From positions 1-47,068 of IMG/VR virus record IMGVR_UViG_3300037722_000249: DNA of 47,068 bases, one strand, 5' to 3'. The notes beneath the pieces were generated by a model, which saw nothing but the letters and a program-made list of their open reading frames with translations, searched no databases and was not told where the DNA came from. Made by a program: the position numbers and the translations under genes. Below, one piece after another: positions 45,342-47,068 of the stretch (the first letter of the stretch is position 1; every line of letters starts with the position of its first letter). The DNA comes from a virus. Its lineage: Duplodnaviria; Caudoviricetes.

Positions 45342-46549
45342 GGGGCGCTCAATACTCCGTTTTCATCTGCGACCACGGTTCTCGACCCGGTTCCGGCGAG
45401 ATTCGGGATGGTCATTACACCCGCGCTCGTGATGGTCAGCCTGTCGTTCGTCCCGAGTGCCGTTCCCTGGCTGATCTTGAACTTGTCTGAATCGCTGTTA
45501 TCCGAACCGGCTGACCACGCGATTACCGAGTTGTGAAATTGCACGTAGGGGTCCCCACCACTAGCCCCGCCGGTAAGAAGCTGCAGCAGCGCATGGGTGG
45601 TGGCCGTGGTGTTATCGCTGTGATAGAGGAGAATGCGGGCATCCAGATTCGTGGATTCTTCCTCGATATGCAGTGGGTAATCTGGCGTCGCGGCTCCACC
45701 GTCCCCAATGCCAAGGTATCCCTGGAACCAGTTGTAGGCGGTACCGGTAGCGATGAAGTTGTACCTTCCGGCAATTCCACCTTGGGCTATCTCTCCCCAG
45801 AACGCGCGAATGTTCGGGGATGTCGTAATGGGCGCTGCGTGGAACACCGAGGCTAAATTGATGTTCACATGCCCGATGTTCTGGTTGGAGAAACACGAAT
45901 GCGTTGCCACTAAACCCGCCCCGGTCTGCGACGGAACCATCGCTTTGAAATCGACAGCCCAAGTCGTTCCACCGTCCCCGGTGTTCCCGAGCCTTGACGC
46001 AAACCCGACCATATCGGTTACCGGCCCGGCGCCGTCTGCGCTTACCCCTGCAGACTGTCCCCTGAGATCGGCGCAAACATCCCCCGTAGCGGTTCCGTTC
46101 CAAGCGGCATTCATTCGCCCGCCGATTGCCCTCGCTATGGCTTCCGTACCGGTCCCGCTGACGGAGAATGTGTAGCCGATGATGTCGCTGTTGCCTGAGG
46201 GATCTCCAGTGAAAGCGATGTCGTTTACTGCTACGTTTACGGTGCCCGAGGCCGGCAATGCTCCGTAAACCATGTTCGCGACGAACGGCCCGCCTGCCGA
46301 TACGGTAGCTGGAGCATAAGCTGCCTTGGCTGTATTGAAGTTGGTCGCGTTGTCGTAGTCGGCACGGCTGATTATTTCCCTGCCCTTGTCCTGCATCGAC
46401 CTGGCGATAGCACCACTACCGGATTGAGTAAAGTCTAGGTTCGCGCTGTCCTTGAGATGAACGAAATTGGCGTCCAGCTCTTCATGGGTCAGCGTACTTC
46501 CCTTGTTGGTCGCCCCGGTCTCGTTTGTTTTTCTTAGGGTAAGGGTCAT
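45338..46549 (-). CDS. Tail fibre/spike protein
   Basis: KGSTLTHEELDANF anchor, FTQSGSGAIARS.QDK.RE, GYLGIG...P..PLHI motifs. Confidence 0.8.
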   Translation of the reverse strand: MTLTLRKTNETGATNKGSTLTHEELDANFVHLKDSANLDFTQSGSGAIARSMQDKGREIISRADYDNATNFNTAKAAYAPATVSAGGPFVANMVYGALPASGTVNVAVNDIAFTGDPSGNSDIIGYTFSVSGTGTEAIARAIGGRMNAAWNGTATGDVCADLRGQSAGVSADGAGPVTDMVGFASRLGNTGDGGTTWAVDFKAMVPSQTGAGLVATHSCFSNQNIGHVNINLASVFHAAPITTSPNIRAFWGEIAQGGIAGRYNFIATGTAYNWFQGYLGIGDGGAATPDYPLHIEEESTNLDARILLYHSDNTTATTHALLQLLTGGASGGDPYVQFHNSVIAWSAGSDNSDSDKFKISQGTALGTNDRLTITSAGVMTIPNLAGTGSRTVVADENGVLSAP

Positions 46550-46552
46550 TGT

Positions 46553-47068
46553 TTAGAAGAACTCATAGACGATTACGATTCCAGCGCCACCAGCCCCACC
46601 AGCAGCTCCAGTGGTGTTGATCCCGATTCCAGCACCCCCACCACCGCCCCCATATGGGTTACCAGCCAAACCAGCGACGCCAGCAGCAGCGCTCGTGCTA
46701 CCTCTACCTCCGGCGCCGAAATAGGAACTCCCGCCGTTCCCGCCCACGCCAGCCGAGGGGTTACAGGCAAGCCCGTTATGTCCATCCCCGCCTTCCGAAT
46801 TGACATCGCCGGAAGACCCAGCCCCACCAGCCCCACCGTGCGTGTTAGTGCCTACGGTTGACGTACCAGTACCCGTTCCACCAGCCCCGCCAGTGCATGA
46901 GGCATGAGCGCCGAATGAGGTAGTTACTCCAGCACCCCCGTCCCCTCCGGTATCGGCCCCAGCCGCTCCGACAGCACCAATCGTTACGGTTTCTGTCGCC
47001 CCTAAAGCAGCGGACGCCTCCAAGACTTGAGAGAACCCACCAGCACCCCCCCCACCACCACCACCGAA
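46553..47068 (-). CDS. Glycine-rich tail fibre protein, 3' part (starts at 685 across the junction)
   Basis: Gly-rich repeats ending GAGGAGIVIVYEF. Confidence 0.8.
   Translation of the reverse strand, partial: FGGGGGGGAGGFSQVLEASAALGATETVTIGAVGAAGADTGGDGGAGVTTSFGAHASCTGGAGGTGTGTSTVGTNTHGGAGGAGSSGDVNSEGGDGHNGLACNPSAGVGGNGGSSYFGAGGRGSTSAAAGVAGLAGNPYGGGGGGAGIGINTTGAAGGAGGAGIVIVYEFF

Noticed and set aside
46942-47068. Biological direct terminal repeat
   Set aside because: It falls in the middle of a tail fibre gene and its length fits an assembler k-mer overlap.
45338-47068. Diversity-generating retroelement or invertible fibre cassette
   Set aside because: No reverse transcriptase, invertase or template/variable repeat pair seen.

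Overview
This window looks like the complete circular genome (46,941 bp unique; bases 1-127 repeat at 46942-47068, an assembly overlap) of a temperate podovirus-type phage. A LexA box and an IHF site suggest a Beta/Gammaproteobacterial host. The layout is lambdoid. A cI/cro switch sits at about 33.2 kb, with an early + strand arm carrying SSB-like, nuclease, DUF5131 and many small genes. The long - strand arm runs cro, cII-like, xis, int, attP (3' half of tRNA-Thr(CGT)), replication, Dam, Q-like, terS, terL, portal, scaffold, capsid, adaptor, nozzle, ejection proteins, tail fibres and lysis. Four things stand out. (1) An ORF-free, hairpin- and GNRA-rich element of about 250 nt lies directly upstream of a replication protein that seems to lack its N-terminal origin-binding domain. 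(2) attP sits inside the early lytic operon, so integration cuts the replication and late genes off from the cro promoter. (3) A free-standing 88-aa protein copies a 38-residue segment of the phage's own portal, with synonymous divergence. (4) An 11-gene nucleotide-sugar/glycosylation cluster (HldE-like, GmhA-like, split ThDP enzyme, radical SAM, nucleotidyl-, methyl- and glycosyltransferases) is inserted between terL and portal; a TPR-glycosyltransferase and a Thr-rich repeat protein lie in the head module. All assignments come from reading motifs and synteny by eye; no searches or folding were run.
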